Notes under the pieces: model-generated
What the model was told of the DNA's origin: nothing
The model's database searches: none
The model's input: only the letters and a program-made list of their open reading frames with translations
Shown here: positions 48,716-58,627 of the stretch, in pieces
How positions within the stretch are numbered: the first letter of the stretch is position 1
Layout of the letters: every line of letters starts with the position of its first letter
Program-made: the position numbers and the translations under genes
Virus record (IMG/VR): IMGVR_UViG_3300034684_000059
Coordinates: 1 to 64,000 of that record
DNA from: a virus
Lineage: Duplodnaviria > Caudoviricetes
Direction: 5' to 3' (one strand)
DNA: 64,000 nt

Positions 48716-49576
48716 ATGACCATACTTATCGGAGATCTAGTTGAGTGGAGGATCACCACATTAGAAGAAATTATTTGGCTAATGGTTGATCGTGAAAGAA
48801 AGTATACTGCGATATTGTACAGAACAGACAACCCAGAATATTATTTATTATATCTTATCGATATGTCTGGATTGATTGTAGAAAGTTTTCCTGTACATGA
48901 ATTTACAAAAATAAAAATAACTAAGCTGTGGAAAGATGCACTTGTCTATCCGCGATGTAAAATAATCAAACAAAATGCTCATGGAGTAGAAATAGTGTAT
49001 TCTTTTAGAAGAACACCTGAAAATGATGTCCTTTTTGAAATAACTGTAGCTGGAAAGATCTTCAGAGTGATCCTGGACGAAGCTCGTTCATTGCATTCTG
49101 AACCTATATACGCAAGTCCTCCCAACCTTTCTTACTTATTAGAAGCTCTTCTAAAATCTAACGTTACGATTCTTACACAGATCCCTAAGGTATTTGATCT
49201 ACCTTCCTCCGAAGTAGAAGTAGAGGTCTACGATATCTTTTACGAATTTGTCATGGAAACAAATCCTGCGGCATTCTTTTTGTGGGATATAGAAACAGAT
49301 CTATTCCGGCATCTTCAGTATCCTGGGAATAATGACCATCTGTTTTGGGTAGAGTTTGAAGAAGTGGTCAATGCACTCAGTCGATCTCAAATGTCCGGGT
49401 ATTTATTGGTCGCACTTACACCGTATGCGTTGTGTCCAGTATGGTCTATCACGTACCCCTACGATATCTCATCTCGCAATAACCATCTCAGGGAAGATAT
49501 GTATGAACAGATCAAATTGTGCGGAGATCTAATTGCTCAAGGATTTGGTGTATCTACGGGGTTAATTGCTAAATGA
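48716..49576 (+). CDS. Early hypothetical protein
   Basis: 286 aa, RBS AAGGA, hairpin at 49582-49614. Confidence 0.6.
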   Translation: MTILIGDLVEWRITTLEEIIWLMVDRERKYTAILYRTDNPEYYLLYLIDMSGLIVESFPVHEFTKIKITKLWKDALVYPRCKIIKQNAHGVEIVYSFRRTPENDVLFEITVAGKIFRVILDEARSLHSEPIYASPPNLSYLLEALLKSNVTILTQIPKVFDLPSSEVEVEVYDIFYEFVMETNPAAFFLWDIETDLFRHLQYPGNNDHLFWVEFEEVVNALSRSQMSGYLLVALTPYALCPVWSITYPYDISSRNNHLREDMYEQIKLCGDLIAQGFGVSTGLIAK

Positions 49577-49694
49577 CATCAAGAGTCTAAGGAGCCAAAA
49601 GCTCCTTAGACTCTGTTCCATGAAGGAAGATGGGCATCTGCCCAAAAACTACTATCGCCTTACATAACATGTAAAAATTTTATAGGAGGTCAGT

Positions 49695-50426
49695 ATGTAC
49701 ATCGTACCTAATTTTATTACCTCTACTCTGGATTATCCTGGAGGACATCTTTCTACAACAGTATTCACTAAAGGATGTAATCTAAGGTGTGGGTATTGTC
49801 ACAATGCAGAACTGATCAACAAAAACCCAGAAGAGTGTTTATCTTCTGAAGAATTTATTGATCTGATCAAAGAAAGAAGATCATCTATCCCTCACATTAC
49901 TGTATCTGGTGGGGAACCCACTATACACGAAGATCTTCCTGAAGTTTTACGACAACTTAAAACACTGGGATTTAAAGTAAAACTTGATACCAATGGCTCA
50001 CATCCGGAAATGCTCAAACAGATCATTTCGGAAAACTTAGTTACATATGTAGCTATGGATCTAAAAACAAGTTTAGCAAAATACATCGGTATGGAGTTTG
50101 GATGGGAAGAAGATTCGTTTCCAGAAGATATTTTAACTGAATCTGCCAGAGCTCTTAGTCTGTCTGGAATTTCACACGAATATCGTACAACCTTCTTCGA
50201 AAACTATCTTGGATTAGCAGATATCAAAAATATCCAAAAGATACTTCTTCAAAATTATCCGTCCACACAGCACCCTGTTGTGAAATACTTTGTACAGTGG
50301 GGGTTGTGGCCTCATCAACGAAAGACTCCATCGAAGTATAAAGTTCGTCTGAGTAAAAGTTATCGGCCAGATATCGTTGAGTTATTTTCGTCTTGTAAGG
50401 ATGTCATCTCTCTGGATTTCCGATAG
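49695..50426 (+). CDS. nrdG: Anaerobic RNR activating enzyme (radical SAM)
   Basis: STLDYPG...VFTKGCNLRCGYCHN (CxxxCxxC), SGGEPT, KLDTNGS, AMDLK and EYRTT. nrdD is present in the window. Confidence 0.88.
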   Translation: MYIVPNFITSTLDYPGGHLSTTVFTKGCNLRCGYCHNAELINKNPEECLSSEEFIDLIKERRSSIPHITVSGGEPTIHEDLPEVLRQLKTLGFKVKLDTNGSHPEMLKQIISENLVTYVAMDLKTSLAKYIGMEFGWEEDSFPEDILTESARALSLSGISHEYRTTFFENYLGLADIKNIQKILLQNYPSTQHPVVKYFVQWGLWPHQRKTPSKYKVRLSKSYRPDIVELFSSCKDVISLDFR

Positions 50427-50476
50427 GTTTAAGTCAAATCCATAACAAAATAAACGATCATAGGAGGATCTTAATT

Positions 50477-51109
50477 ATGAATACCAAAAATTTCAAGTTC
50501 ACTAAAGATTTGATTCTGGCATCCATATCTCTTATGGTTGTTTATCTTGTTGTACTTTTTCCTTCATCCACAATATCTGAAAGTGTAGATTGTGATGTGT
50601 ACGATCAGTATCGTGCAAAAATTGATCATACTCCCATAGTAATCGAACATGCGGAAGATACCATGATCGTACAAGCTGCAAAAGTTATCATGAAACATGA
50701 AGGATTTAGTGCTACCCCGTATAAATGTACTTCTGGGAAATGGACGCAAGGATATGGAAGAAGAATCTATACTAAGGATAAATCTTCCATCACTAAAGCA
50801 AAAGCTGTAACTTGGCTTTATGAAGATCTGAAACGCATAACTGCAAGTTTAGATCGTAACTTCCCATGGTGGAGAAAATTGGATAGTGTCAGACAACAAG
50901 CGATGATAAATTTTACGTACAACGTAGGTATACGTGGAGTTTATAAATTTCAAAAATTCAGAGCAGCCATGCGAATGGGAGATTTTGAACTTGCAGCGCA
51001 TGAATTAAAGTACACAGGTGAAAGAAAAACCGGTTATTTTAAAGCTGTCAAAACTAGAGCGGTCCAAGTCGCAAATGCGTTTAAATATGGTACATGGAAT
51101 TTAACATAA
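50477..51109 (+). CDS. GH24 (T4/P1-type) lysozyme with N-terminal transmembrane/signal segment
   Basis: HEGFSATPYKCTSGKWTQGYG (E-X8-C-X5-T), RQQAMINFTYNVG and N-terminal LILASISLMVVYLVVLF. Confidence 0.85.
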   Translation: MNTKNFKFTKDLILASISLMVVYLVVLFPSSTISESVDCDVYDQYRAKIDHTPIVIEHAEDTMIVQAAKVIMKHEGFSATPYKCTSGKWTQGYGRRIYTKDKSSITKAKAVTWLYEDLKRITASLDRNFPWWRKLDSVRQQAMINFTYNVGIRGVYKFQKFRAAMRMGDFELAAHELKYTGERKTGYFKAVKTRAVQVANAFKYGTWNLT

Positions 51110-51117
51110 GGAAAATC

Positions 51118-51741
51118 ATGTCAAATATCACGTTAAAAGAAATAGGGGAGAAATTGTCCCTTCATCCGTTGGTTTGCGGAAAACTGTTTATAGACAAAAA
51201 CGTTTTTCAAAATCATCCACTGTACACTCTCATTCCGTACGTAGGACACGACTTTGAACTGATAGAAGCAGATGGGCCATGTGAACAGTGGAAATTGAAT
51301 ATCCCGGAAGACATAGATCTTATTCGTTATATGACTAAATTGGAAACAAAAGAATTAGTCAATACGTATCACATCTCTGAAAAGATACGAGAAATAGAAC
51401 ATAAATCTCATGAAAAATCTGAGATAGCGGAAGGAAGAACTCTTCTTGCATTTCGTGTAGACCAAGAACAAGATTTTACTGCTAGGATACAGTCGTATAA
51501 AGTACACAGTCCGTATTCTATCCGGGTAATTATAGACGATGTGAGATCTTACCCGGATGGGTGTTTTTGCGCACATCATTCTCACTTGATGGTAAGTCAC
51601 GAAACAAAACTTACTCTGGCACAAACTCCGATCGGAACTAAATTAAAATTTAGAGCAACAATACATAGATATCGAGATAAGAATGGAAACATCAAATTCG
51701 GTCTTCATCATCTTCAAAATTTAGAAATCTTAACGACATAA
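51118..51741 (+). CDS. Hypothetical protein with C-terminal OB-like domain (paralog of 44356-45009)
   Basis: Probable start ATG 51118 after AAGGA. Shares the C-terminal motif with 44356-45009. Confidence 0.55.
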   Translation: MSNITLKEIGEKLSLHPLVCGKLFIDKNVFQNHPLYTLIPYVGHDFELIEADGPCEQWKLNIPEDIDLIRYMTKLETKELVNTYHISEKIREIEHKSHEKSEIAEGRTLLAFRVDQEQDFTARIQSYKVHSPYSIRVIIDDVRSYPDGCFCAHHSHLMVSHETKLTLAQTPIGTKLKFRATIHRYRDKNGNIKFGLHHLQNLEILTT

Positions 51742-51834
51742 TTTACAAAACAAACATCTCCCAAGAGTATTTTAACGTGATCACAACAAAACCAAGATTC
51801 TATGTATGAACAACCTGCAACATAGGAGACTTTT

Positions 51835-53166
51835 GTGATATACGGATTTATTGTGGACACTATGTTCCACAAAAACGCACCGATCATGTATGCAGATGAA
51901 GCATTACCTCCGGTATTTGCTTTAGATGAAGCAATTGAAAACTATTTTGATCGACAATTGAAATTTAAAGATCTACGTACAGAGAGAAATAACCCGGAAT
52001 ATTTTGGACAAATTTCCATCCATGCTGATGCTAATAAATTAGATGAAGAGAATTTCTTCACCTTACTTACTGATCCACATCGAGATCTCTACTTCAAACT
52101 TATAGAACGAATTTATACTGCACAGAATGTGACAGTTGAACAGCTTGAAGAAGACATCCGCACAGATCCTGAATTTAGTGTGGTGTATATCCAGGAAAGT
52201 TTACGTCTTGGTTGGAATATCGTTGGAACAGAAGTTCCGGATGGACATCCTGGACCAACTGAAGTCGTAGACTTTATCGAGTTTGAACTTAACTTTCCTG
52301 AAGTACATGAAAAATTCAAACTCTGGATCAATCGTCAGAAGTTTGCAACGGATTATCCGTTATCTACGATAGCGCAAGTTGTACTTCCGTGTGATCACAG
52401 TATCCTTCTCAATCCTTCGACAGTTCCTACGACGATCGATGCCATCATAGCAAGTACTTCTTTTAGTTTTAGCGACGTCGAAAATAAGATCCATACAGGT
52501 GATCATTCCGGACTTATGACGTATACCACAAGGTATATCGTAAGTTCAACTTCTATAAAACGTATGCCTTTTGGTATCCTTTATAAAGGAGCTCAACCTT
52601 CTTCTTTGGAGATAAGAAAAGCTATCCGAGAAAAGCTTTTAGGATATGGAACTGCTCCAGAAGAAGAATGGAAAAAGATACTTCCTGATCTGTTTGTTAC
52701 AGGACAGTTCTTCATTCTTCCCTTTTGGGATAACATGATACAACGAGAAGATCGTCGTATCTTCCAATCCATATTGCCTACGAAAAGGATTACTGGACTC
52801 ATAAGTCAAATCTATCCTGCACTTGAAGAAGTGTTCATAGAAAAATATCAACAGCTTTTAACTTACGCACAAAACCCAGGGTTCGGTTTAGTTATACCCG
52901 ATCCATTGAATGAAGTATTTTTCTCTTTGCAGGAAATTCATCCAACTTATCAACACTACTCGACTCAGAACAATCTTCATACGTTCATGGAAACACATAC
53001 TAAAGAATTCAGCATACGGTTAAATCGCTGTCTTGCTGTTCTTCTTGGCGAATCCATAAACGAAGAGTTCATCTTAAATACGTTCGATGGTATCCGATAT
53101 ATGTCATTTGTCACTTCGGGAATAGAATACCACGTTATACATCCAGAAGATTATCCGAAAGAATAA
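51835..53166 (+). CDS. Conserved jumbo-phage virion (baseplate) protein
   Basis: 443 aa, late-type motif AGATTCTATG at 51795. EEEWKKILPDLF...FFILPFWD resembles phiKZ-like structural proteins. Hairpin at 53179-53208. Confidence 0.55.
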   Translation: MIYGFIVDTMFHKNAPIMYADEALPPVFALDEAIENYFDRQLKFKDLRTERNNPEYFGQISIHADANKLDEENFFTLLTDPHRDLYFKLIERIYTAQNVTVEQLEEDIRTDPEFSVVYIQESLRLGWNIVGTEVPDGHPGPTEVVDFIEFELNFPEVHEKFKLWINRQKFATDYPLSTIAQVVLPCDHSILLNPSTVPTTIDAIIASTSFSFSDVENKIHTGDHSGLMTYTTRYIVSSTSIKRMPFGILYKGAQPSSLEIRKAIREKLLGYGTAPEEEWKKILPDLFVTGQFFILPFWDNMIQREDRRIFQSILPTKRITGLISQIYPALEEVFIEKYQQLLTYAQNPGFGLVIPDPLNEVFFSLQEIHPTYQHYSTQNNLHTFMETHTKEFSIRLNRCLAVLLGESINEEFILNTFDGIRYMSFVTSGIEYHVIHPEDYPKE

Positions 53167-53226
53167 GGTATATCAATGTACAAGGTAGTGGGATCCCACT
53201 ACCTTGTATTTTTAAAAGGAGGTACA

Positions 53227-53462
53227 ATGGTTAAAGTAAATACAGTGTGTTCCCAATCTACTGACACTATCAAGAAATATCCCTCTGGATATTCTTGTAG
53301 AAAAAATAATAGAAAAACATACCGCATGGATTGATTTTTTTTGGAAAAATCATAGGACAACGATCTAAATATGCAGAAGCGCTTAAAGCTACTGAACAGT
53401 TGTCCGACGAAGAAGCATTAATAGCTATTCAGAACATTGTTCCAGATTACAAATTGGATTAG
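53227..53462 (+). pseudogene. Frameshifted remnant of a tail-fibre assembly-like gene
   Basis: Strong RBS AAAGGAGG plus ATG 53227. Fragments lie in three frames: MVKVN..., ...LSRNIPLDILVEKIIEKHTAWIDFF and GKIIGQRSKYAEALK...YKLD*. The last two join if T8 at 53335-53342 becomes T7. Confidence 0.5.
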
Positions 53463-53580
53463 AATATAGATAAGTCTCTTCTTTGGAAGAGACTTATCTA
53501 TACAGTTAGTATTCGATATATTTCATAGATGGGATAATTCGAAATATGATATGATTATATTTTCACATTTGGAGTAAGTC

Positions 53581-54237
53581 ATGTCACTAAAAAATAACGA
53601 CAATGGCACTATGTATTATTACAATCCGATAGCCCCATATGAACTTTTAGTCGAATGCCCACTTGATCTTGAACAAGATTTGTCGTATTCTCCGGGATAT
53701 TCGTGTTGTACTAAAGTACCTCCCCCAAATCCAAAAAATGGATATGCCATATGTTGGGATCACGATAAAAAATCTTGGAGATATGTCATAGATCACAGGG
53801 GACAACTGTATTGGACAGAGGATATGACGTACAATGACTCCGGCATTCCTGTAACCGAACTTGGACCCATACCAGAAGCTAAAACATTCACTAGACCGCC
53901 TATTCCTACAAATATACAAAGAAAACGGGTACTTCAAAAAATCGATACTAAAGAATTGCAGATTCTTGAACAAGGTGTCACGTACAATGGAAAAGCATAT
54001 AAATCCGATATGTCGTCGATGTTAGAGTATTTGATTTTCCAAAACTCTGCAGAACAAAAAGAATTTTTGAGAGTACAACTTAAAGATGGATCTTGGACTA
54101 AAATTGACAAACAGATGTGTTTTGACATTCTAAAATTATGCAAATATAACTTAAAGTTAGCCAAAGAATACCGATATGCTAAAACTATGCAGTTAGAGAC
54201 ATATCCCGATCATAAATTAGAATCATTTCCTTTGTAA
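53581..54237 (+). CDS. Tail fibre assembly chaperone (Tfa-like plus DUF4376-like)
   Basis: T.VPPP..KNGYAICW...SWRYVIDHRG.LYW...VTELGPIPE..T...P, followed by GVTYNGKAYKSD. Confidence 0.75.
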   Translation: MSLKNNDNGTMYYYNPIAPYELLVECPLDLEQDLSYSPGYSCCTKVPPPNPKNGYAICWDHDKKSWRYVIDHRGQLYWTEDMTYNDSGIPVTELGPIPEAKTFTRPPIPTNIQRKRVLQKIDTKELQILEQGVTYNGKAYKSDMSSMLEYLIFQNSAEQKEFLRVQLKDGSWTKIDKQMCFDILKLCKYNLKLAKEYRYAKTMQLETYPDHKLESFPL

Positions 54238-54394
54238 TTTAAGTATACTACTTTTGAACGTCTAAATACATCTAAAAGTATACTATGCGATTTGGTTGTA
54301 CAAATAATCGTGTACAACCAACGAAAACATTTGATGCGGGGTATCAACGAATTTAATCGTCCGCAGTTATCTTAACGTATATTTGGAGAAACGT

Positions 54395-55408
54395 ATGTTA
54401 GCAATAGATTTTCCTAATGCTGCTTCTACGATCAACGATAAGTACTATCGCGAGATTGTCTCTGAGGAACGATTTGAGTTTCCTTCTACAGCAGAAGATT
54501 TTATATCGACTGGAGTGGCTGATCATGATGAGTTCATCAGTGAAGTTGATGGTGATCCTGTAGTTAGAACATATAACAACTTCACCATCAACGAAGGACA
54601 TCTTGTTCGTCCTACGAATCGGTGTAAAGGACTGTATCTCAATATTCTTGGGGATGCACACATCCACGGAACACTGTCCATGACTGCAAGAGGAGCATTT
54701 GCTCCTGGTAAGTATGTCGGTATAGACTTGAAAAATAAAGTTATACATTACAATCACAGCGATACCTATCCGGAAGATGCGATGTTCGTCATGACGCCTA
54801 TAGGTGGTCCTCGACTGACAACGTATAATACTCGTGGATCTGACGGAGTGGGTAACTCGTGTGGAGGCGGTGGATGTGGTGCGGTAGAATACCACTACGG
54901 TGGTGTTGGAGGATATGGGGGGGAAGGTACTTCTTTTTCCGGTGGAGCTGGAGGAGGCGGGACTGCAAGAGGAACCGCAGGCTCTGGTGGTATAAATGCT
55001 GGTAGAGGAGGAAACGGATACGGATTCGTCGCTACTACCGGTGTATGGTTTTCTGCAGGCGGAGGAGCCGGTAACCCTGGAGGACCTGGCTCTTATGGTG
55101 GACATACAGGAGAATCTGGCGCAGGTGGTGTGATCATTGTGTTCGTTCATGGAGATCTCGTTATCCATCCTACAGGGAAGATAGTTTCTGCCGGATCTAA
55201 AGGTGGAGATGGGTATGACCCTGGTGGTGGATCTGGTGGTGGTGCCATCCATATATTCTACAAGGGGTTATTCGAAGGATCCGATAAGTTATTTGTTCCT
55301 GGAGGAGGTGGGGGACGTCCTATCCCTGCAGGAGGATATTCCGGAGCAATTGGTGCTCCCGGAGGTACCGGATCGATATCCCATCAACGTATACCTAGTA
55401 TATGGTAA
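54395..55408 (+). CDS. Glycine-rich putative tail fibre/receptor-binding protein, paralog B
   Basis: Probable start ATG 54395 after GGAG. Same architecture as 42415-43500 and adjacent to the Tfa-like chaperone. Hairpin at 55417-55449. Confidence 0.75.
   Translation: MLAIDFPNAASTINDKYYREIVSEERFEFPSTAEDFISTGVADHDEFISEVDGDPVVRTYNNFTINEGHLVRPTNRCKGLYLNILGDAHIHGTLSMTARGAFAPGKYVGIDLKNKVIHYNHSDTYPEDAMFVMTPIGGPRLTTYNTRGSDGVGNSCGGGGCGAVEYHYGGVGGYGGEGTSFSGGAGGGGTARGTAGSGGINAGRGGNGYGFVATTGVWFSAGGGAGNPGGPGSYGGHTGESGAGGVIIVFVHGDLVIHPTGKIVSAGSKGGDGYDPGGGSGGGAIHIFYKGLFEGSDKLFVPGGGGGRPIPAGGYSGAIGAPGGTGSISHQRIPSIW
54519..54601 (+). repeat. 83-bp inverted repeat, arm B
   Basis: CTGATCATGATGAGTTCATCAGTGAAGTTGATGG...ACGAAGGACAT is 81/83 identical to the reverse complement of 43303-43385. 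Confidence 0.9.
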
Positions 55409-55540
55409 TGATTATCAGATATGTCTCCCTTTTTTAGGGAGACATATCTTTTTTAATGTGAAAGGCACTTCTAATTGATGTACAGTTATTTCTAGTTAAG
55501 CACATCTTATGCCCTAACTCCCAGACAAAGGAGATGTATA

Positions 55541-56146
55541 ATGCAAGTCAATGTGAACTGGACATATAAGTTTGGATTCATTGAGGCATTTGAATCGCTG
55601 AACGGTATATATAAAGTAGTTCAAATCATGTCGTATAAAGAATTGTTGGATAGCAATCTTTCTCTTTACGATGGACTTTATGTTCACGTAAATAAAACAC
55701 AACAGGATTTGGACAACGATGTAGCCAAATACAGAACAGACGATATCCTCAAATTAGAATCTGTGATTGACAAAACAAAGGTTTATTACATTCCCAGCAA
55801 AATATTACGGTTTATACCGGAAACAAATGTTAATAAATACGCTAAATTAGCAGTGGGTTTAAATGTTGGCCCGTGTAATAGTAAAGAAGATTTGGATCAC
55901 ATTGTAGAAGCACTCCAGCAACTGATGACTAAAATGTTCGGGATCTCTCAGTCTCCGAGTGTTTTTAGTGTAGGAAGTGTGTGGTTAACAGATGCCGAAT
56001 ATGCGACTATAACCGCAGAACGGGATAACGAAGCTAGAGAAGTCATCAATTATTATGGAGAAAATAAAAAGCTTCTTGAAACTATCAGTCAGCAAAATGA
56101 AACAATACGTCAACTACAATTGTTGATCAAAGACCATTTAGGCTAA
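55541..56146 (+). CDS. Conserved jumbo-phage structural protein
   Basis: RBS AAGGAG, late-type motif CACATCTTATG at 55501. YYIPS..LRFIP...Y..LAVGLNVGP and a coiled-coil C-terminus. Confidence 0.55.
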   Translation: MQVNVNWTYKFGFIEAFESLNGIYKVVQIMSYKELLDSNLSLYDGLYVHVNKTQQDLDNDVAKYRTDDILKLESVIDKTKVYYIPSKILRFIPETNVNKYAKLAVGLNVGPCNSKEDLDHIVEALQQLMTKMFGISQSPSVFSVGSVWLTDAEYATITAERDNEAREVINYYGENKKLLETISQQNETIRQLQLLIKDHLG

Positions 56147-56160
56147 AGGAGTATTTCGTT

Positions 56161-58083
56161 ATGTATTTAACCCCAGATTTGACTGCAGAAAATCTTCTTT
56201 ATCGAAAAGATAATGATGTACGGATGATTATATCTGCAGAACAAAAACTCACGTTCACTAGTCCTATCTATTCCGATACTATCAATATGGTTTTGATGGG
56301 TACACAAAATCAGACACTTATCAAAGGTATTGATTGGACAGTACGTTCGGAAGATATTGCTATAGAAAGTACTTCTCAGATGCGTCTTATAGACCACACA
56401 TTTAACAAAGAACTTGTGCGCAGTATAACGATCATCAAACCGTATGTTGCAGATTACAAGATCTTTATGACTTATCAGATGCTCTATCCTGAGCATAGTA
56501 AAGTCGCATTGAATGAAACAGAAGAGGTACTTGAATTTACGCCAGATCTGTTAACACATATACTTCAATTATTACGTGCACACGATAGACTGTTATCTCC
56601 TATAACTGATGTACATAGTCCGGTAGAACGTAATCCTAGGATGTTCGAAATTGATCAGCACAAAGAACTTCCTGAGAACTTTGTTTCTAACGAATTACAT
56701 AGCGTAAATACTCTAGAGCAAATTCACACGATCCATCCTATCGGCGGAGCATTTTTCAAAGATTCGCTCGTTGTAGAAAAAGTAGATCCTACAGTCAGCG
56801 ATCCTATGGCACATGTCCCTGAAAATGTACTTATCCCTGGAGTAGACTACAAAGTATTTGGTTGTGATTATCACAAGACAAGTATGACTAAGAATACTTC
56901 TGGTGTATATAGATTCGTCCTGTTCACAAAAGCATTTGTGGGTCAAGTCAAAGTAAGCTATCATGCATATGGCGGAGATCCTACACTGTACGACATACGT
57001 CAACAAGAAGAATCTATCGATAACATACGCCGATATGTTCTTGAATCTCAGTTACTTACTCCCAAGACATTAGGCAACACACCACAAATCATCACAATTT
57101 CCAATAGAATATTGGAATTGGAGGAAAAGATGCGTATATTAGCACAACAAGGTCGTCCTTCTTACGGAGATGTAAGTCACGGCGGTACGCTTATCAAAAA
57201 GATCACATCTGTAGATGACGAACTTCACTGGTACACTATCGCAGAATTATTCAAAGTAGACGGTTCTGAAGAAGTATTTATAGCCGACATCATGCGTCTG
57301 TCTATACAGACACTTTACACAAAATTCACATTTGACGTTTTAGTCAATGTAAATATTGAACATCCTACTGATCGACTTGAAGTTGCATGTACTTCAGCAA
57401 CGTATCCTAAAGGATATATTCCTTTTGAAGATTATTCCCAAATAGAAAATATCATTCGTCCTCAGTTTAGGATCATTTGGAATGAAAATACGGTGGAAGG
57501 TTCCGGTATCTTTTTACAGATCGGGATGCGTCTTAAAGGATACGTCGAAGAAACTTTGGCTATCGAAGACATGAGTGGACAGCAATCTGCTTGGAAACTT
57601 ATACCTACTCCTGTAGAAGCATCTCTTCCTGAAGATAATTTGATAGCACTTCCTAGTAACAACCACACTTGGGACGTACTTAACCCGAATAGTCGCTCTG
57701 AAAGTCAGATGATACCCTTCCCGGATGGGCACCTTATTTGGGCAGGACAAGAAGCGCTTAACCGTCCTAACTCGGGATGGATGAGTCATCGGTTAGTACA
57801 TCTTCTTGAAAAAGATACTGACATCCGTAAGATCAAACAGATCCGTTGTGATCTTACTGAAGAAGGTGGAAATCGATTCCCCATTATGTTCAACTTCATT
57901 CGCGGCTCTGAAAAGTTACAATCCAGTACGACGTTTAACTACAACGGAAAACCTTCTTACATGGTTGCGCAGATAACACGCGATGCAGTAAATGGGAATA
58001 TAGTTATTGATATAGCTGCAGACATCGTTGCAGGTCCTACTGCTAACCGACTTGATTTAAGTCAAGTCTTAGTCTTCTTCTAA
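56161..58083 (+). CDS. Putative baseplate structural protein
   Basis: 640 aa. YL.PDLT..N, E.H...IHPIGGAFFKDS and L.PGVDY...YHAYGG motifs are typical of phiKZ-like baseplate proteins. Confidence 0.6.
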   Translation: MYLTPDLTAENLLYRKDNDVRMIISAEQKLTFTSPIYSDTINMVLMGTQNQTLIKGIDWTVRSEDIAIESTSQMRLIDHTFNKELVRSITIIKPYVADYKIFMTYQMLYPEHSKVALNETEEVLEFTPDLLTHILQLLRAHDRLLSPITDVHSPVERNPRMFEIDQHKELPENFVSNELHSVNTLEQIHTIHPIGGAFFKDSLVVEKVDPTVSDPMAHVPENVLIPGVDYKVFGCDYHKTSMTKNTSGVYRFVLFTKAFVGQVKVSYHAYGGDPTLYDIRQQEESIDNIRRYVLESQLLTPKTLGNTPQIITISNRILELEEKMRILAQQGRPSYGDVSHGGTLIKKITSVDDELHWYTIAELFKVDGSEEVFIADIMRLSIQTLYTKFTFDVLVNVNIEHPTDRLEVACTSATYPKGYIPFEDYSQIENIIRPQFRIIWNENTVEGSGIFLQIGMRLKGYVEETLAIEDMSGQQSAWKLIPTPVEASLPEDNLIALPSNNHTWDVLNPNSRSESQMIPFPDGHLIWAGQEALNRPNSGWMSHRLVHLLEKDTDIRKIKQIRCDLTEEGGNRFPIMFNFIRGSEKLQSSTTFNYNGKPSYMVAQITRDAVNGNIVIDIAADIVAGPTANRLDLSQVLVFF

Positions 58084-58094
58084 AAGGACGTGTT

Positions 58095-58319
58095 ATGATC
58101 TTGGTAGACACAAAGAAAATACCGGAACTTAATAAACATTTTGTGATCTCATGGTACTGCGTAACCAAAGCTCAGCTCCGAGACATGAAACTTAAAAGTT
58201 CTCAAAAAGTATTTAACCATGGAGATATACCTAAAGGGTTTTACACTAACTCGGCACAATTCTTTGTCGAAGAAGGTATACTCAGAAATGGTTACGGCAT
58301 CTTAAAACGTATCTCTTGA
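58095..58319 (+). CDS. Small hypothetical protein
   Basis: RBS AAGGA, hairpin at 58347-58375. Confidence 0.5.
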   Translation: MILVDTKKIPELNKHFVISWYCVTKAQLRDMKLKSSQKVFNHGDIPKGFYTNSAQFFVEEGILRNGYGILKRIS

Positions 58320-58411
58320 TTTTCTTCTCTATTCCTTCCTTCTACTGTGTATGAGTCCGGATAGGACTCATACACTATCAATAACAATACCTGATATTTA
58401 GGAGGTAGTTT

Positions 58412-58627
58412 ATGCGTACTCGTTATGACGTTACTTTAATGTCAGGAAATTTGATAACACGTTGTAGACAGTTCATAATAAAAAACCAAGATGGTACTTG
58501 GTATGATGAGAATACGGCTATGACGTTTTCTTCAGAAAATGATATCTATCAGTACTATGGCAAAAATGACATCTTAGTTATCTTAACACCAGTCGAGGAG
58601 ATGAGAATATGTGGGCATTCGCTATAG
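58412..58627 (+). CDS. Small hypothetical protein
   Basis: RBS AGGAGG. Confidence 0.55.
   Translation: MRTRYDVTLMSGNLITRCRQFIIKNQDGTWYDENTAMTFSSENDIYQYYGKNDILVILTPVEEMRICGHSL

Noticed and set aside
54398-55252. 284-aa antisense S/T/R-rich ORF (and similar ORFs at 42394-43381)
   Set aside because: These are shadows of Gly-rich GGN codons on the opposite strand.
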